DNA of 64,000 bases, taken from the NCBI GenBank assembly GCA_047495785.1, contig JBLDXI010000002.1, positions 496,001-560,000 of the forward strand, written 5' to 3'. Source of the DNA: Lepidodermella squamata. Its lineage: Eukaryota; Animalia; Gastrotricha. Position 1 is the stretch's first letter. Every line of letters begins with the position of its first letter. Made by a program: the position numbers and the translations under genes. Shown here one piece after another: positions 26,901-39,980 of the stretch. Under the pieces are notes generated by a model that saw only the letters and a list, made by a program, of their open reading frames with translations, was not told the DNA's origin and ran no database searches.

Positions 26901-29093
26901 GCACCTTGATACAGCACAGTCGCGCTGACGTAGTATTGGCAAGCTCCTGCCTTCGGAAAGTTCTTAATTAGATCCACATCGAGTTCGAAGGTAATTTTTC
27001 TTGATGATAGACCGTTAATAGGATCTGTCGAGTAGAACGGAACAACTGCCGTCTGACTTTCGAAAAACTTCAGCTGATAAGTTAGACCGGTGACGTCGCT
27101 ATTGACTTTGTCTTCAACGACGAAAGTTAACATTGCACCACTGCTTGAGTGGGCTATGCTCTGAGGAGCAACAGGATTAGTGGTTATCACTGCTTTCTCA
27201 GATACCGCACTGTCAGATTCCGAAATTACTTTAACAGCAACTGAGTACCTTGCAGCAGGTAACAACTCGACAAACGCATCGGCGGTGAATGGATCGGCAT
27301 CAAACATTGGATGGATTTGTGTCTCGATAGAGTAACCCTCTTGCCCTTCGCGAGATATGACGGCAAAGAATTTGAGAAGCGGAGCGCAATTATTTGTGTC
27401 CATCCATTTCACTTTGATGCTGTGTGGATTATTGAAATTTTCAGAACTGATCAATTCCGCTGAAACGTCAGACACAGCCTTCGGGTTTGTTGAAAATGCT
27501 TGCCGTTCTGATTCTGCCGGTTTTGTTGAAGTACCTTGATACAGCACAGTCGCGCTGACGTAGTATTGGCAAGCTCCAGTCTTTGGAAAGGTACCAATTT
27601 GATCTACATCGAGTTCGAAGGTCATTTTTCTTGTTGGTTGCCCGTTAATAGGGTCTGTTGTGTAGAATGGAACTTCGGTAGTCTGGTTCTCGAAGAATTT
27701 CAGCTGATAAATAAGGCCGGTGATATCGATATTAATCTCGTCCTCAACGGCAAAAGTTAACACGGGACCATTGGCTGAGAAGGTGATTCTTTGCGGAGCA
27801 ACGGGATTTGTGATCAACTCAGCTCGCACTGCAGAAACCGCATCATCAGATTCCGAAGTTACTCTTACAGCAACTGAGTACCTTGCAGCAGGTAACAAAT
27901 CGACGAATGCCTCGGCAGTGAACGGATAAACGCCTTGAATTGGGAAAAGTTGAATCACAATGGGATCAACATCTTGCACTTCTCGTGATAGACTGGCAAA
28001 GAATTTGAGAAGTGGAGCGCAATTTGCTGCGTCAGTCCAGCCGATGGATAAGGTATGTTTGCACCCAACGACCTTATCGATAGCCACGGAAACGTTTTCA
28101 ACCGGTTTCGGACGAGTGAGGAACCTAACACTTGGGTGCGGCTTAGAAATAAGAGTTGTTGGCACATCATTCGCTCTGTTCTTCGTGTATACCGCTGTGA
28201 CATCCAGGTAGATTGTGGTCGCCTGTGTTGTTGTTGTCGTGAAGGGCTCAATAGTCTTGGTGTATACCGTTGTAACATCCAGGTAGAAAGTGCACGCTCC
28301 GCTCTCTATGGCGACTTTCTCACTAATCGGCTGTCCATCAGTTGAAGCGGCGACGTACGTTTCCTTGAAAACCGATAGACCAGTGGTTGTGACTGTTGAA
28401 AAGACTAGATGGTAAGTCAGATGAGCTCGATCAAAGTTGAACGGGTCTTCGATGTTGATTTTCGCGACGGATGTACCTTCGACCTCAACTTCGACTTTCT
28501 TCGGTGGACCAGGGGCTGAGAAACACTTAATCAAAGAAAATGTGCTGTAAGCAATTGAAATTTACCTGTTATGAAGGTGTTGCTTTCGAGTGAAAGATCA
28601 ACATCGCGACTCGTTTTAGGGATTTCGATCGGCGAAATTTTCACGCGATAGCTGGAAGACGGTTTCAAACTAATGACAAGACTAGCAGTGAATTTCGAGT
28701 CTGATTCATTAGATTCCAGCAGCGTCGTCTTCAGTATATATGATGGCGACTCTTTGTTGTACATTTCCCATTCTCCATTAATCTCTTGGTATATTTCGGC
28801 CTTCACCAATTCATTAAGGCACTTGGACGTATCGTCGCCTCTCGCTCTCTGCCACCATTTTAAATCTATGTGCTGGAGTTCAGTGAATTCCTGATCGCTT
28901 GAAGATGCGTTGACATTCAAGTTTGTTGCCTCAAGGTACCAAGTTTCTAAATTGATGGGAGAATATTAATAGCAACTCATAATTTACATGAGCCAAGTGT
29001 ACCTTTTGGGCAATTTGACAATTCCAGCTCAGCCGTGACATCTTTTGCAACGAACAGTAGTAAAATGGTTGCGAATCGAAAGGCTAATTTCAT
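20962..29093 (-). CDS. Receptor PTP-like protein B (~2608 aa), predicted catalytically impaired; exons 29093-29003, 28946-28566, 28515-24250, 24198-22954, 22905-22284, 22235-21953, 21900-20962
   Basis: Tandem paralog of A. VHCSAGVGRTG is intact, but the WPD loop reads WKY and the Q loop reads MVPTVEQF. Confidence 0.92.
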
Positions 29094-29349
29094 ATCCCGA
29101 TAATTTCCAATGAGCGATTCACACACGAAGCTGCCTTTGGCAATATTTGATTACAATTAAGGTGTCGTAGTTTCTTTACTGCAACGCGGAGAAAAAACAA
29201 ACAGATAGGAACTTCCAAGAACTAAGATAAAGTCATTCCCTGAACTGTTTGTCGTAAAGCAGGCGTGCCGTTTGCTATGGGCATGGTCTCACTTCTTTGC
29301 AAGTTATCATTACGCCAGTTTATTTTCGTCGTTACAACCCGATATATTG

Positions 29350-29760
29350 TATCAAACGATTTTCAAACACAGTGGCAAAATAGAATTACAATTCATCAAA
29401 TGCAGCGCTTTGCGGCGATTATGAGTATTCACGCAGATAAGAACCGTTCCGTGAAGAGAAGAAAATAGCTTCGACGCTGAGTTTACATCATTTGTTTGGA
29501 CTAGATCAAAGGTCAGACGCTTGTGTTGTCTTATTTTCAGCTTTTTTGTCGTTACACCCATTTGCATGGTTTTTTTGCAATAATTCTCGTTTTATTCTAA
29601 GAAAAGCTTATCTTATCACTTGCGAATTTCCAGGAATAAGCTATCGTAAGTTTTTTCACAGTGACGCTGGAACATTTGGCTGAGCTCCGGCTGCTGAAAC
29701 TCGAAAAATGAATTGAATCCATCTCAATAGTAAAATGAATTGGATTTCAACTTATTCAAG
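29350..29760. repeat. Duplicated upstream region, matching the PTP-C 5' flank at about 37720-38150
   Basis: Shared non-coding text, e.g. gataagaaccgttccgtgaagagaagaaaatagctt and tttattctaagaaaagcttatcttatcacttgcgaatttccaggaataagc through aaaatgaattggatttcaa. Confidence 0.85.
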
Positions 29761-30856
29761 TACCATACTACTGTCACGGTTGGCTCTCTCGGAAATTTTT
29801 TGAAAAATTTGAAAAAATTGGTTTATCCATATTGAGAATTTTCTCTATCCAACGATATAAAATTTGTTGGGTAAATAATTTATATCGATTTTCCGATTTT
29901 TCCGGCCGTGCATATTGGACCACCACGGTCCATCATGAGACCGAGTAAAATGTAAAATAAATAAAATGGGGAGTTGAAGATAAGGGGTGGGACAAGCCAC
30001 GCTAATCCTGGCTTGGGTAATTAAATTAGTAGATAATAAAATCGCTGAAATGTAATGCTGGCACCGGGCCAGTATGTAATTTTAAAGGGTAGTGCTAAAA
30101 GATTGAGAGAAGTTGTAAAAAAATAGAGAAAAAGGCACGTGCAAATAAAAAATTCAAATATAGTCGTGAAAGGAAAGTGCATTGCACTCAGTAACTTCAG
30201 TTCATTTGGTACCAACAACAAGGCATGCATTTTCAGAACGAGAAAATTGCTTCCCCCTTGCATTTTCACAATTTTTAGCTCGCTCAGCTTAATGCTTAAT
30301 TAACCTTCAGTCCGAGCCTTTAATATCTGCGAAGAGCATTAATTAGCGATATATTTACACAGGCACTTCAAAGTTGCTCGATTTCGTTAAGGGTGAACAA
30401 AGAATTCTGCGTCGGCCCAAGTAAGGTAGCATAGAATTCAAATCGGAGCTGCAAAACCTGCGAAATTTCCTGCGCGCTTTCTCAAAATTTTCCGCTAGTT
30501 TTGACCCATTTCTGGCTGCTGTTGCTGGCCTGCTCTAAACAGAAGTCTGGAAAAGCGCGTTGTATCGTCATTTTCTGGAAGTTTTGGAGCTAATTATAGT
30601 TGTAAATCCGAAAAATGCAGCATTTATGCTTTTTATAGCTTTCGAGCGAGGATGAAGCAAGAATGTTTCGAGAAGAATGACAGCTTTAGCCTTGGTTGTA
30701 AAAGAAGTTATTCCAAGATTTAAGATATTTATCCACACTGTTTCAATTCCAACCACTGATTTCGCTCGCGGTGTTACAATTCGTTGTTTCGTAGCATTCC
30801 TGCTCCACAACTATCACTATGTGAGAGGAAAATTCTGAAAGCAAAAAAGTGAGACT

Positions 30857-30900
30857 GAAAGCACCGACTATGAAAGCACCGACTATGAAAGCACCGACTG
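30857..30900. repeat. 15-bp tandem repeat GAAAGCACCGACTAT x3
   Basis: Read directly from the sequence. Confidence 0.85.
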
Positions 30901-31043
30901 GTTTATTTGAACTGAAAAATGCGAGCGACGAATGCGCAAGCGAAAATTTGGATGAATCCCCCTTTCGGCGAAAAGCCTACTTCCTTCACTGATTGGCGTG
31001 TTCAACAAATCAAAATCCACTGACAGGATTTTGCAGCCCCAGT

Positions 31044-31927
31044 CAGGGCCGGATTAACGCATGGGCTTGGAGGGCTGAAGCCCAGGGGCCGCCAGTGTAA
31101 AGGGCCGCCAGCGTAGACTGAAAAGCCAATTTTTACGTACTCATACAATTCGAGACACCCAAGTTTAATAGCTGTGGCCATTGGATATTTTTAGCTCTTG
31201 GAGAAGCTAAATAATCAAAAATTTTGCTCGCTTCGCTCGCGATACTTCTTCATTATTCGATAACTTTCAGGAGCCTAATTCGCCAAATATGTGGCATTTC
31301 TGACAAATCAAATGTTATGGCCCTCATTGCTTGACTTTTATAGCATTTAAAATCCGAGATCTCTACAGTTTCCACGATTACGCAGATACTGTTTGGTATA
31401 GTTGAGTTCACGAGCGCACAAAAATGGGAAATTATGTTTCGAACGCGTCATTTTTAGACAGTTTCTACCTTAAAATCAAAAGAAATATCGTCAGCTAAAG
31501 CTCGCTTCGCTCGCGGTAAAGAATTAACCATAAATAGTGACATGATAATTCGCCGAAACCAGATGCGCGGTTTGCCATTAGGGAGCTTTCCATCGCATTC
31601 ATCTTTGAGCGTTTACTATATTGCTCTAGCTATAATAGTGGCTTAGACTGAAGGCGCCCACCTCAGTGTACCCATTCCCCGCTGAAAAATGTTGAAAAAT
31701 TTAAGCATTACTGATATTTAAAATAAATATTTACGTTTAAACACCAATGTCTTAAGGAAAACAATGCATAACACCAATAACACCAATAAGTAGTCACTAT
31801 TGCTTGGCGAGTGTCCTAAAAATTAAAACTTAAAATTCTACCTTTCATCTTTTTTCAGAAATTCATAAAAAATGGGGCCGCCAAACGTCAAGAGCCCATG
31901 GGCCGCCGGAGGGTTAATCCGGCCCTG
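31044..31927. mobile_element. Non-autonomous hAT-like element (884 bp)
   Basis: 15-bp perfect TIR CAGGGCCGGATTAAC / GTTAATCCGGCCCTG; 8-bp TSD GCCCCAGT (31036-31043, 31928-31935); internal CTCGCTTCGCTCGC motifs. Confidence 0.9.
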
Positions 31928-32229
31928 GCCCCAGTCAGCATATGAATCGCGGACTTCTAAATTATAAAGCTGGTTTTTGGAGGTTCGATTGATTCATCAC
32001 TAGAATGTCAATTTTACTTTATTAGCAACAATAAAAAGAAAGCGATGACTCAGAAATAAGCCTTAGAACTCTCCAAGCTACAAAACAGTGAAAAATAATG
32101 TATCTCAAGCGGAATATCTCACATGATTTACACCGAATAATTTTACACAGAAAGACAGTGTGACGAAAATATCAAACATTCAGCAGTTCAACGAAAAGTA
32201 ATCTTCAGCTTGAATCTCGAAGCCTTAAT

Positions 32230-35200
32230 CTATTTTTCATCCCATTCGGAATCGCTGTTCTGCGGGGTGTTATCACACGACGAAGCAGGTAAAGATTGCG
32301 CATCGACAGGCGGTGCATTTGCATAAATCGTCCGACTCGCACGTAGTTCGGCCTCACTTAGGGCGCTTTCGCGGAACCCTTGAAGCCCTGATAACACATA
32401 GGCTGTAGCTTCATGGAGGAAGCAGAACTGTTCAACCGCCGGGACCATGCTCATCCTAGCCCGTCGCATATGCGCGATGATGTTGGACAAAGACGGCGCA
32501 AATTTCGGCAAAATAGGCAATGGTTGATAGGGATTTTCTCGCCATTTCAAGTCAGCAATCAACCAATGTCTCACGGCAATGTCCAAGGCAATGAAAACCC
32601 CGGTTCGACCAACGCCAGCCGAGCAGTGCACAACCATGGGGCTTTCGTGGCTTATTTCTTGGTTGATTTGGCACTTTGCAACCATTTCCAGCAGGTCAAT
32701 CAGTTGGGTAACTTGAGGGACGCTGCGGTATTTCCATTCGAGGAACTGGAAATGTTTCACGATTCTAAATTGGCCAGTGCTCACGTTAGTGACGCGTAAA
32801 AGTGTTTGCCGTACAGTATCCGTTGGACTGGAACCGATTGAATCCGAACCTGAGGCAGATTCAACATGTTGACCCTCGCTCTTCGTAATCGGACCTAAGT
32901 TCTCGACATCGAACTGCTGGCCTGATGAAAACTGCACGCAAGTTTGATGCTGGCCTGTTACAGTTGGGTAATATTGGTCGCATTTAATCCGGCCGTTTTC
33001 GATGAAAGAGGTTAGCATGACGATTATATCAGCCTTCTGCTGCCAGATCATAAGCCAGAAATCTCCGGTTGTGTTCGGCTTTGGACCCTGACAGGCGATG
33101 TAAGATTGAGATATAATCTCGACATCGTCGGCTCCACCAGTTTCGTTTGGTGGAGGCTTCATTCTTATACCCTATTGCATGAAGTTGAGAAGAGGATAGC
33201 CAAGTAGCGTACTATTTACTTACTTTGATATAGGAGGCATTTATGTAGTCATCAGACGGGTTGCTTCCAGCTGAGTTCACGAAAAGTCTCACCCTCGAAT
33301 GATTGTAAGGAATGATGTCTTTGTAGCGATTTTTCTGCCTAGCCTCACGAGTCATTCCTTCTGTATTGGGCTGTTCCTTTCCAACAGCTGACAGAGTTTG
33401 GTAGACATCGCGGACCTCAGCGTATCCATTCTCTCTAGCTCGCCTCACAAACTCAGGGAATTCCTCAGCCGTCATTTCGCTGTTCGAAATGACTGAAGCG
33501 GAAGAGCTGTATAAAAGAATAAATAAAAATTCTGAATAATTTTGAATAAAATTACAAACCTCCTCCGTATCGTTCCGATTTGATCCAGCTGAATTTCAGC
33601 TGTGGCATTGAAGCCTCCCGCCGGGTACTTAAGTCGCTGTCTTCTTCGGTAAAGTACAAAGCCACCAACTGCTATAATGAGGAGTAAGATGGCTCCACCC
33701 AGTGATAGACAAATAGCAATTATCAAAGATTGGTCGTCATCTGTCTTGAGAGGAATAAGAGCCTCTTGCAGTGCTATTGGGTTGTACCAAAAACTAGATC
33801 CGGCGATAATCTGGCCCTGTGATCCACCGTGAGGTAATGGTGCAAGGCCGACTCCAACACATCCGCTCAGATATTGGGCATCATTGAGGAATCGATTTGG
33901 TACCATAATGTTAGCTTTGTTATAATAATTTAGTTCTGACCTCGTGAATGTTCTTGACTCCACTGCATTGCATGAACCTATAGCACTAGACCTACATGCG
34001 AATATCACGAATTTGTAGCTGACTCGCTGGCTTTGTGGGCAATAGTAATAGTCATTGAAGGAAAACTGGACTTCCGTTTCCTGATCATACATTTTCCGGA
34101 TCGAAATCCTTACAGAATTGACATCCTCTGGAGCTGTAAAGCGTTTGAATAGCATTTATATAATTATTTAGGCTTTGGTATTTTTCAGTCAATAAACCTA
34201 CCAATTACAAATTCATTAGAGCTGAGTGTTGCAGCTGTTTCGTCGTAGAGGCCATCAGAACTCCGCATGCGTCTCGTAGTAACTTGGGCTCGATAACTAC
34301 AACCAGGCTTGGGAGAACCCCTAAATACACTTTCCAGCGACAGATCTTTGGTACTTGATATCGACTCTTGTGTATCGACAACAGCATCAGAGCTGTAACA
34401 CTCCTTGAATCTATCCGTTACTACTGAAACGTCTCCCTCCTGATTAAATATGTCAACACAGTGAACCAGACGTCGTCTATTATCGAGGCAATTATATCGA
34501 TCCTGCCACGCCACTGCTATCGTTGCTGTGGATTTATCGGCCAAAGCGATGACATTATTTTTATCAGCCTTGTTTATCCGGGTCCAAACGCCCTCCACAG
34601 GTCTAATTTCAGTCTGGAATCTACGACTTACAGCTTTCGAAGTTTTGCCATCAGCCGTTCGAGTCGTTGCTTCGACGTTGTAAATACACCCACCCGATTT
34701 GTATTTATCAAACGTGACCTGTCCAGCCAAGCTATATAACTTCGTAACAGGATTTTGCTCCAGTTGGTATTTAATAGAATTACGTTCCTGAATTAGGTTG
34801 CTGCGGCTATTTTCGTTATTCAAATCAGGCCAAAAATCCGGATAAATGGAAATAGAAAATGTCGGAACAGCTGATGGGGTGTAACAGGTTGCCGCTGTGT
34901 TAGCTGTTACTTTCAAGTAAATACCAGTCCTATCGTCGTTCAACCACGCAATCTCGGGTGGCAATGGTTGCGTTGAGAAGGCACGTCTGGAAACTACCTC
35001 ACTCTGCCTGTAATCGCTTTCGCAGCTATTTCCTATACCAGGTTCGTTGGGATACGGTGCTAGCAAAGTTCGAATCGCGACGTTAAAGGCACATCCCGGG
35101 GCAGCGTTTTCAACCCTAACTCCAGCTAAGGCAGTTCCAAGTTGAAGATCCACGCTTTCTTCAGCTGAAATCTTTATTTCTTCCATTTTCCTGGCCACTC

Positions 35201-37690
35201 TTGCCTGGCTTACCGGGTTCTCGGTTTGTTTTGACCAGTCGATGTAATCATTTTGATAAATTGTGATTTCGTACAGAAGGGATTTTGCTACGACCGTGAG
35301 ACAGTTTCCGCCGTCTTTCCAAACGACATCAACCGTAACATTGGCCGCGGCATCATTAGTTATTTCCACCACTTCAAATTCGCCCCCAAGAAAAGAAACA
35401 CCCCTCGGGTCTGAAAATCCATGATTAGATAAATAAAGAGAAAAATGATTTGAAAATACTTACTGGTGATGAGAACTAAGGATTGGACTGTAAAGTTGGA
35501 CGCTTCAGCGGTGGATATGTCCACAATGGGCCTTGCTTGGACTTTGAAGTAGCAACCAGGCTTATTTAACGGTATGTTAAGATACGCAAGCGGCAAATCC
35601 GCAGAAGCTTCGGCCATGGCAATCAAATCCTCAGTTTGATAATCAACGGCTCTCACTTCATACTTCAATGGCGAAAACGACCAAAAATTGCCATTATTGA
35701 CACTTGGTGAGTAATGAAACTTCGCATTGACATCATCCTTTAGCCCGATTTGATACTGCTTGCTCGTTTCTCCCAGAAGCCGCGTGGTCGATCGATCGAA
35801 CTTGGGAGCTATTGTGAATGTCTTCACTACTGAAGCAGTCTGCCTGTCCGTACCGAAGATGGCTTCAACTTCAAGAATCAATCTGTAAGATAGGCCTGGT
35901 TTATCGTCTGGTAGTTGATACTCGACCGTTTTTGCCGCGATTCCGCTCGCAACGATTTTGCTCTCAATAGAATCCGATGGGGCGAGAAAAACGTTGTACA
36001 AAACGTAGAAATCTCGAGAGCTAACCGAATCGCAATTTTCCGAGTCCTCCCAAGAAACGGCAATGAAATATCGTCCTGATGACTTGCTGAATACTTCGAT
36101 TGCAATTGAGCTCAGGCTGATTGGAAAAGGCGGGGTCATAACGATATCGGATTTGACTGTTGTCGCTGATTTTGTGTCAAGGTAAGAAGACTCGACTTCG
36201 GCCTGGTAAATGCATGCACCACTCTTGTTAACCGCTGTGGCGTAGTCGAAAATGTAAACTCGTCCCTGTCCAAGTTTGTCTGCTTTCACCACACTTTCAC
36301 CCTCAGGAGTCAGTTGCAAGAATTGTAAGTCGTAGTTAAGCTGTTCCGAAATTCGTTTGGCAGTGATTGATTCCTCGACCGAAAGCAAAAGTTGGCCAGA
36401 ATCTTTTCCAGCCAGTGTGAGAAGGACTTTCCCAACCTCAGATGGTCGCAAATCGGGATTTGTGATCAACTCAGCTCGCACTGCAGAAACCGCATCATCA
36501 GATTCCGAAGTTACTCTTACAGCAACTGAGTACCTTGCAGCAGGTAACAAATCGACGAATGCCTTGGCAGTGAACGGATAAACGCCTTGAATTGGGAAAA
36601 GTTGAATCACAATGGGATCAACATCTTGCACTTCTCGTGATAAAATAGCAAAGAATTTGAGAAGTGGAGCGCAATTTGTTTTGTCAGTCCAGCCGATGGT
36701 TAAGGTATGTTTGCTCCCAACAACCTTATCGATAGCCACGGAAACGTTTTCTACCGGGTTCGGACGAGTGAGGAACCTAACACTTGGGTGCGGCTTTGAA
36801 ATTAGAGTTGTCGGCCCATCATTCGCTCTGTTCTTCGTGTATACCGCTGTGACATCCAGGTAGAAAGTGCACGCTCCGCTCTCTATGGCGACTTTCTCAC
36901 TAATCGGCTGTCCATCAGTTGAAGCGGCGACGTACGTTTCCTTAAAAACCGATAGACCAGTGGTTGTTACTTTAGACAAGACGAGATGGTAGGTCAGATG
37001 AGCTCGATCAAAGTTGAACGGGTCTTCGATGTTAATTTTCGCGATGGAGGCACCTTCGACCTCAACTTCGACTCTCTTCGGTGGAACAGGGGCTGAGGAA
37101 CAGTTAATTCAAGAATACCTCTCATGAAGAATGGAAATGGAATTTACCTGTCATGATCGTGTTGCTTTGTAGTGAAAGATCGACCTCGCGAATAGTTTTC
37201 GAAATTTCAATCGGCGAAATGTTCACACGGTAACTGGAAGCCGGTTTTAAACTTATGACAAGACTAGAAGTGAATCTCAACACATCCGAATCTGATTCAT
37301 CGGGTTTCAGCCGCTCCGTCTTCAATATAAAGGACGGCGAGCCTTTGTTGTATATTTCCCATTCTCCATTATTTTGTTGGTAAATTTCGGCCCTCGCAAG
37401 ATCTGTAAGGCACTTGGACGTATCGTCGCCGCCCGCTCTCTGCCACCATTTTAAATCTATGTGCTGGAATTCAGTGAATTCCTGATCGCTTGAAGATGCG
37501 TTGACATTCAAGTTTGTTGCCTCAAGGTACCAAGTTTCTAAATTTATGGGAGAATATTAGCAACTCATGAGTATTAAGGTCAAACACAATTTATCCAACC
37601 TTTCGGGCAATTCGACACACCTAACTGAGCAATAACATGTTCAGCAAAGACAAGTAAGACAATCTTTGCGAGTTGACCCTCGAATTTCAT
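32230..37690 (-). CDS. Receptor PTP-like protein C (~1705 aa, shorter ectodomain), predicted catalytically impaired; exons 37690-37600, 37537-37148, 37092-35464, 35410-34202, 34133-33560, 33506-33224, 33171-32230
   Basis: Signal MKFEGQLAKIVLLVFAEHVIA; TM LIIAICLSLGGAILLLIIAVGGFVLY; KNRY, VHCSAGVGRTG, WKY, MVPAVEQF. Confidence 0.92.
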
Positions 37691-38261
37691 AACCCGATAT
37701 GTTTACCTAATTAAAAAATGGGTTTCAATCACACTGGCACGAACGAATGAAAATTCTTGAAGTGCAGAGTTTTTGCGGCGACTTAGCGATAAACATACAG
37801 ATAAGAACCGTTCCGTGAAGAGAAGAAAATAGCTTTGACGATGAGATTACATAATTGTTTGAACCAGAACGAAGATCAGGCGCTTGTGTTGTCTTATTTT
37901 CAGCTTTTTTGTCGTTACACCCATTTGTATGGTTTTTTTGCAATTCTCGCAATTCTTGCAATTCTTTGTAATTCTCGTTTTATTCTAAGAAAAGCTTATC
38001 TTATCACTTGCGAATTTCCAGGAATAAGCTATCGTAAGTTTTTTTCACAGTGACGCTGGAACATTTGGCTGAGCTCCGGCTGCTGAAACTCGAAAAATGA
38101 ATTGAATCCATCTCAATAGTAAAATGAATTGGATTTCAATTTATTCAAGTGTCAAATTGATAACCTTCAACCTCGAAACAGCGACAGCTTTTGATGCTTG
38201 TACAGAAATGCCCGCGGCGTTATATATCAGAAAGGCAGCACGTTATAACTCACTCGATACA

Positions 38262-38799
38262 ATGAACGCAACCACGAAATATCTCAGCTTTTTGTTGATA
38301 GTAACTAGCCTGATCAACAGTTATGGTTAGTTTTTCAATTGCCATTTGATTTTCAAGATGTTTAACGAAGGATTTTTTAACGGCAGATGCGCTAACATGT
38401 ACCCAGCAGGGTTACTCAGCCCGACCAGCGGCGAACTGTAACATAACCAAAGGATTCTGTTACGTATGTTTAGACATAGACAATGTGTAAAGATTCGTAC
38501 ATTTAGGCAGTGCAAAATATTTATTATATTAGCAATTTTATTCGTTATGTATTAAGGAGTGCCTGTCATCTGTATTTCAGAAAACCGTGCAAATACAAAA
38601 TGGCCAGGAGACGGTTTACAAGAGCTGTTCAGCGACCTGTACTGACGGCAAGAACCAATACGCCTATGGCTACTACTACGACGTCTTTTGTTGTAGCAAC
38701 GCTGATTTTTGTAATTCAGCACCGGCTGGATTTTTCGCTGCTTTCAGCTTCATCTCAGCCTCCTTGATCATTAGCTTGAATCTTCCATATTTTTATTGA
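38262..38799 (+). CDS. Ly6/uPAR three-finger protein (~119 aa), signal peptide and GPI-type tail; exons 38262-38325, 38387-38463, 38581-38799
   Basis: MNATTKYLSFLLIVTSLINSY|DALTCTQQGYSARPAANCNITKGFCY|KTVQ..KSCSATC..VFCCSNADFCNSA plus a hydrophobic tail. CCxxxxxCN signature; typical three-exon Ly6 layout; TATA-like run at about 38220; AATAAA at about 38848. Confidence 0.9.
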
Positions 38800-39396
38800 T
38801 ATCTCGTTTTTTCAGTCTAACTATAATTAAGCTAAGGATTGAGGATTAATAAAACCAATAAGTCCTATTTCCTATTCAATTTTTGTTCGTCTCATTTTTC
38901 AGTTCAAGAGGTCTTTGAGTTCAAGTTCAAGGGTGCAGAGGTGATAATTGGCAGGTTTGAAAAATAAATTGTATTTTCCTATTACACTTGGGTGACTTGT
39001 TGTGTAGCATGTAGGTGGCCGTTGGATTCTGTTGACAGCAAAAGGCGTGATATTTCCACGCTAATCGTCATAAAGGCTAACAAGGTGCCAACGGTCGGCA
39101 TAAAAACTATCATCATGGCTTTAGGCCTAATATGAATGAACAATATTATGTTTTATGCGCAATTTAAGACGCGCTTCTTTCAGCTATTTTACGTGGTAAT
39201 GAATAAGTGGCAACATGGATGATGGACATGAAAAGCATTTACAAGCGAGCTTCGACCCGTAAGCAAGCTTTTCTTGGATTTGTCACGACTATTTCAGGGA
39301 TCAGTAAGAAAGCTTCGTAAATTTCTGTTACACAAGGCTACACAAGAAGGAAGGATTTGAAACCTCAAACTCAAGTACCTAGTAATGATAGCATCC

Positions 39397-39529
39397 GGCA
39401 GACCGGCATAACAGCAAATACCCAAAACAGCAAACGTGACATAACAGAAAATTTGTCAACTTGCAACATAACAGCAGAAACACGATGCATCTTTTACATG
39501 GAAAATGTTTGCTGTTTTGTCGCCTTACC
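39397..39529. mobile_element. Degenerate MITE of the same family as 49875-50067
   Basis: Ends GGCAGACCG.. and ..CGCCTTACC, with AACAGC(A/G)AA subrepeats. No TSD seen. Confidence 0.55.
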
Positions 39530-39980
39530 GATCGTAATGGGGCTTGTTTTTCTTTGATTTGAGGCCCCTGCGTTGATTTTAATACTAGTGTAATATCTCG
39601 ACTGTCTCCAGAATAGTCGATTCGGTTGTAATCGGTTGTAATCAGTTGTAAGCCAGTAATCACAAGACGAGCTGCATGGAGGTTGGAAGTCACAACCGGA
39701 AGCAAGAACAAGGATCATTTCAGTCCATCGTTTTGCCGTGTCTCACTTGCTTCTCCATTTTCTTTTCGCTAATTTTCTATGAGGAGCAGCATGCATATTA
39801 TGCGACTTGGCGTTATTTGTAGCTAGAATCATCGATTTATTTGTCAATGTTCTACGGCGGCAATCAATTTTATCGAACTGAGATTGAGGACATTCATCCA
39901 GAATCCAAAATAGAAATGATCACAGAAATGTATTGATATTGACCTGAATTATAAATTATAATAAGAACAGAAAACAGGTA

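Noticed and set aside
16137-28345. Many + strand ORFs recurring in the PTP genes
   Set aside because: Antisense shadows of the PTP coding exons; they recur only because the genes are duplicated.
39622-39661. GGTTGTAATC-like 10-bp tandem repeat and overlapping small ORFs
   Set aside because: Simple degenerate repeat with no coding signal.
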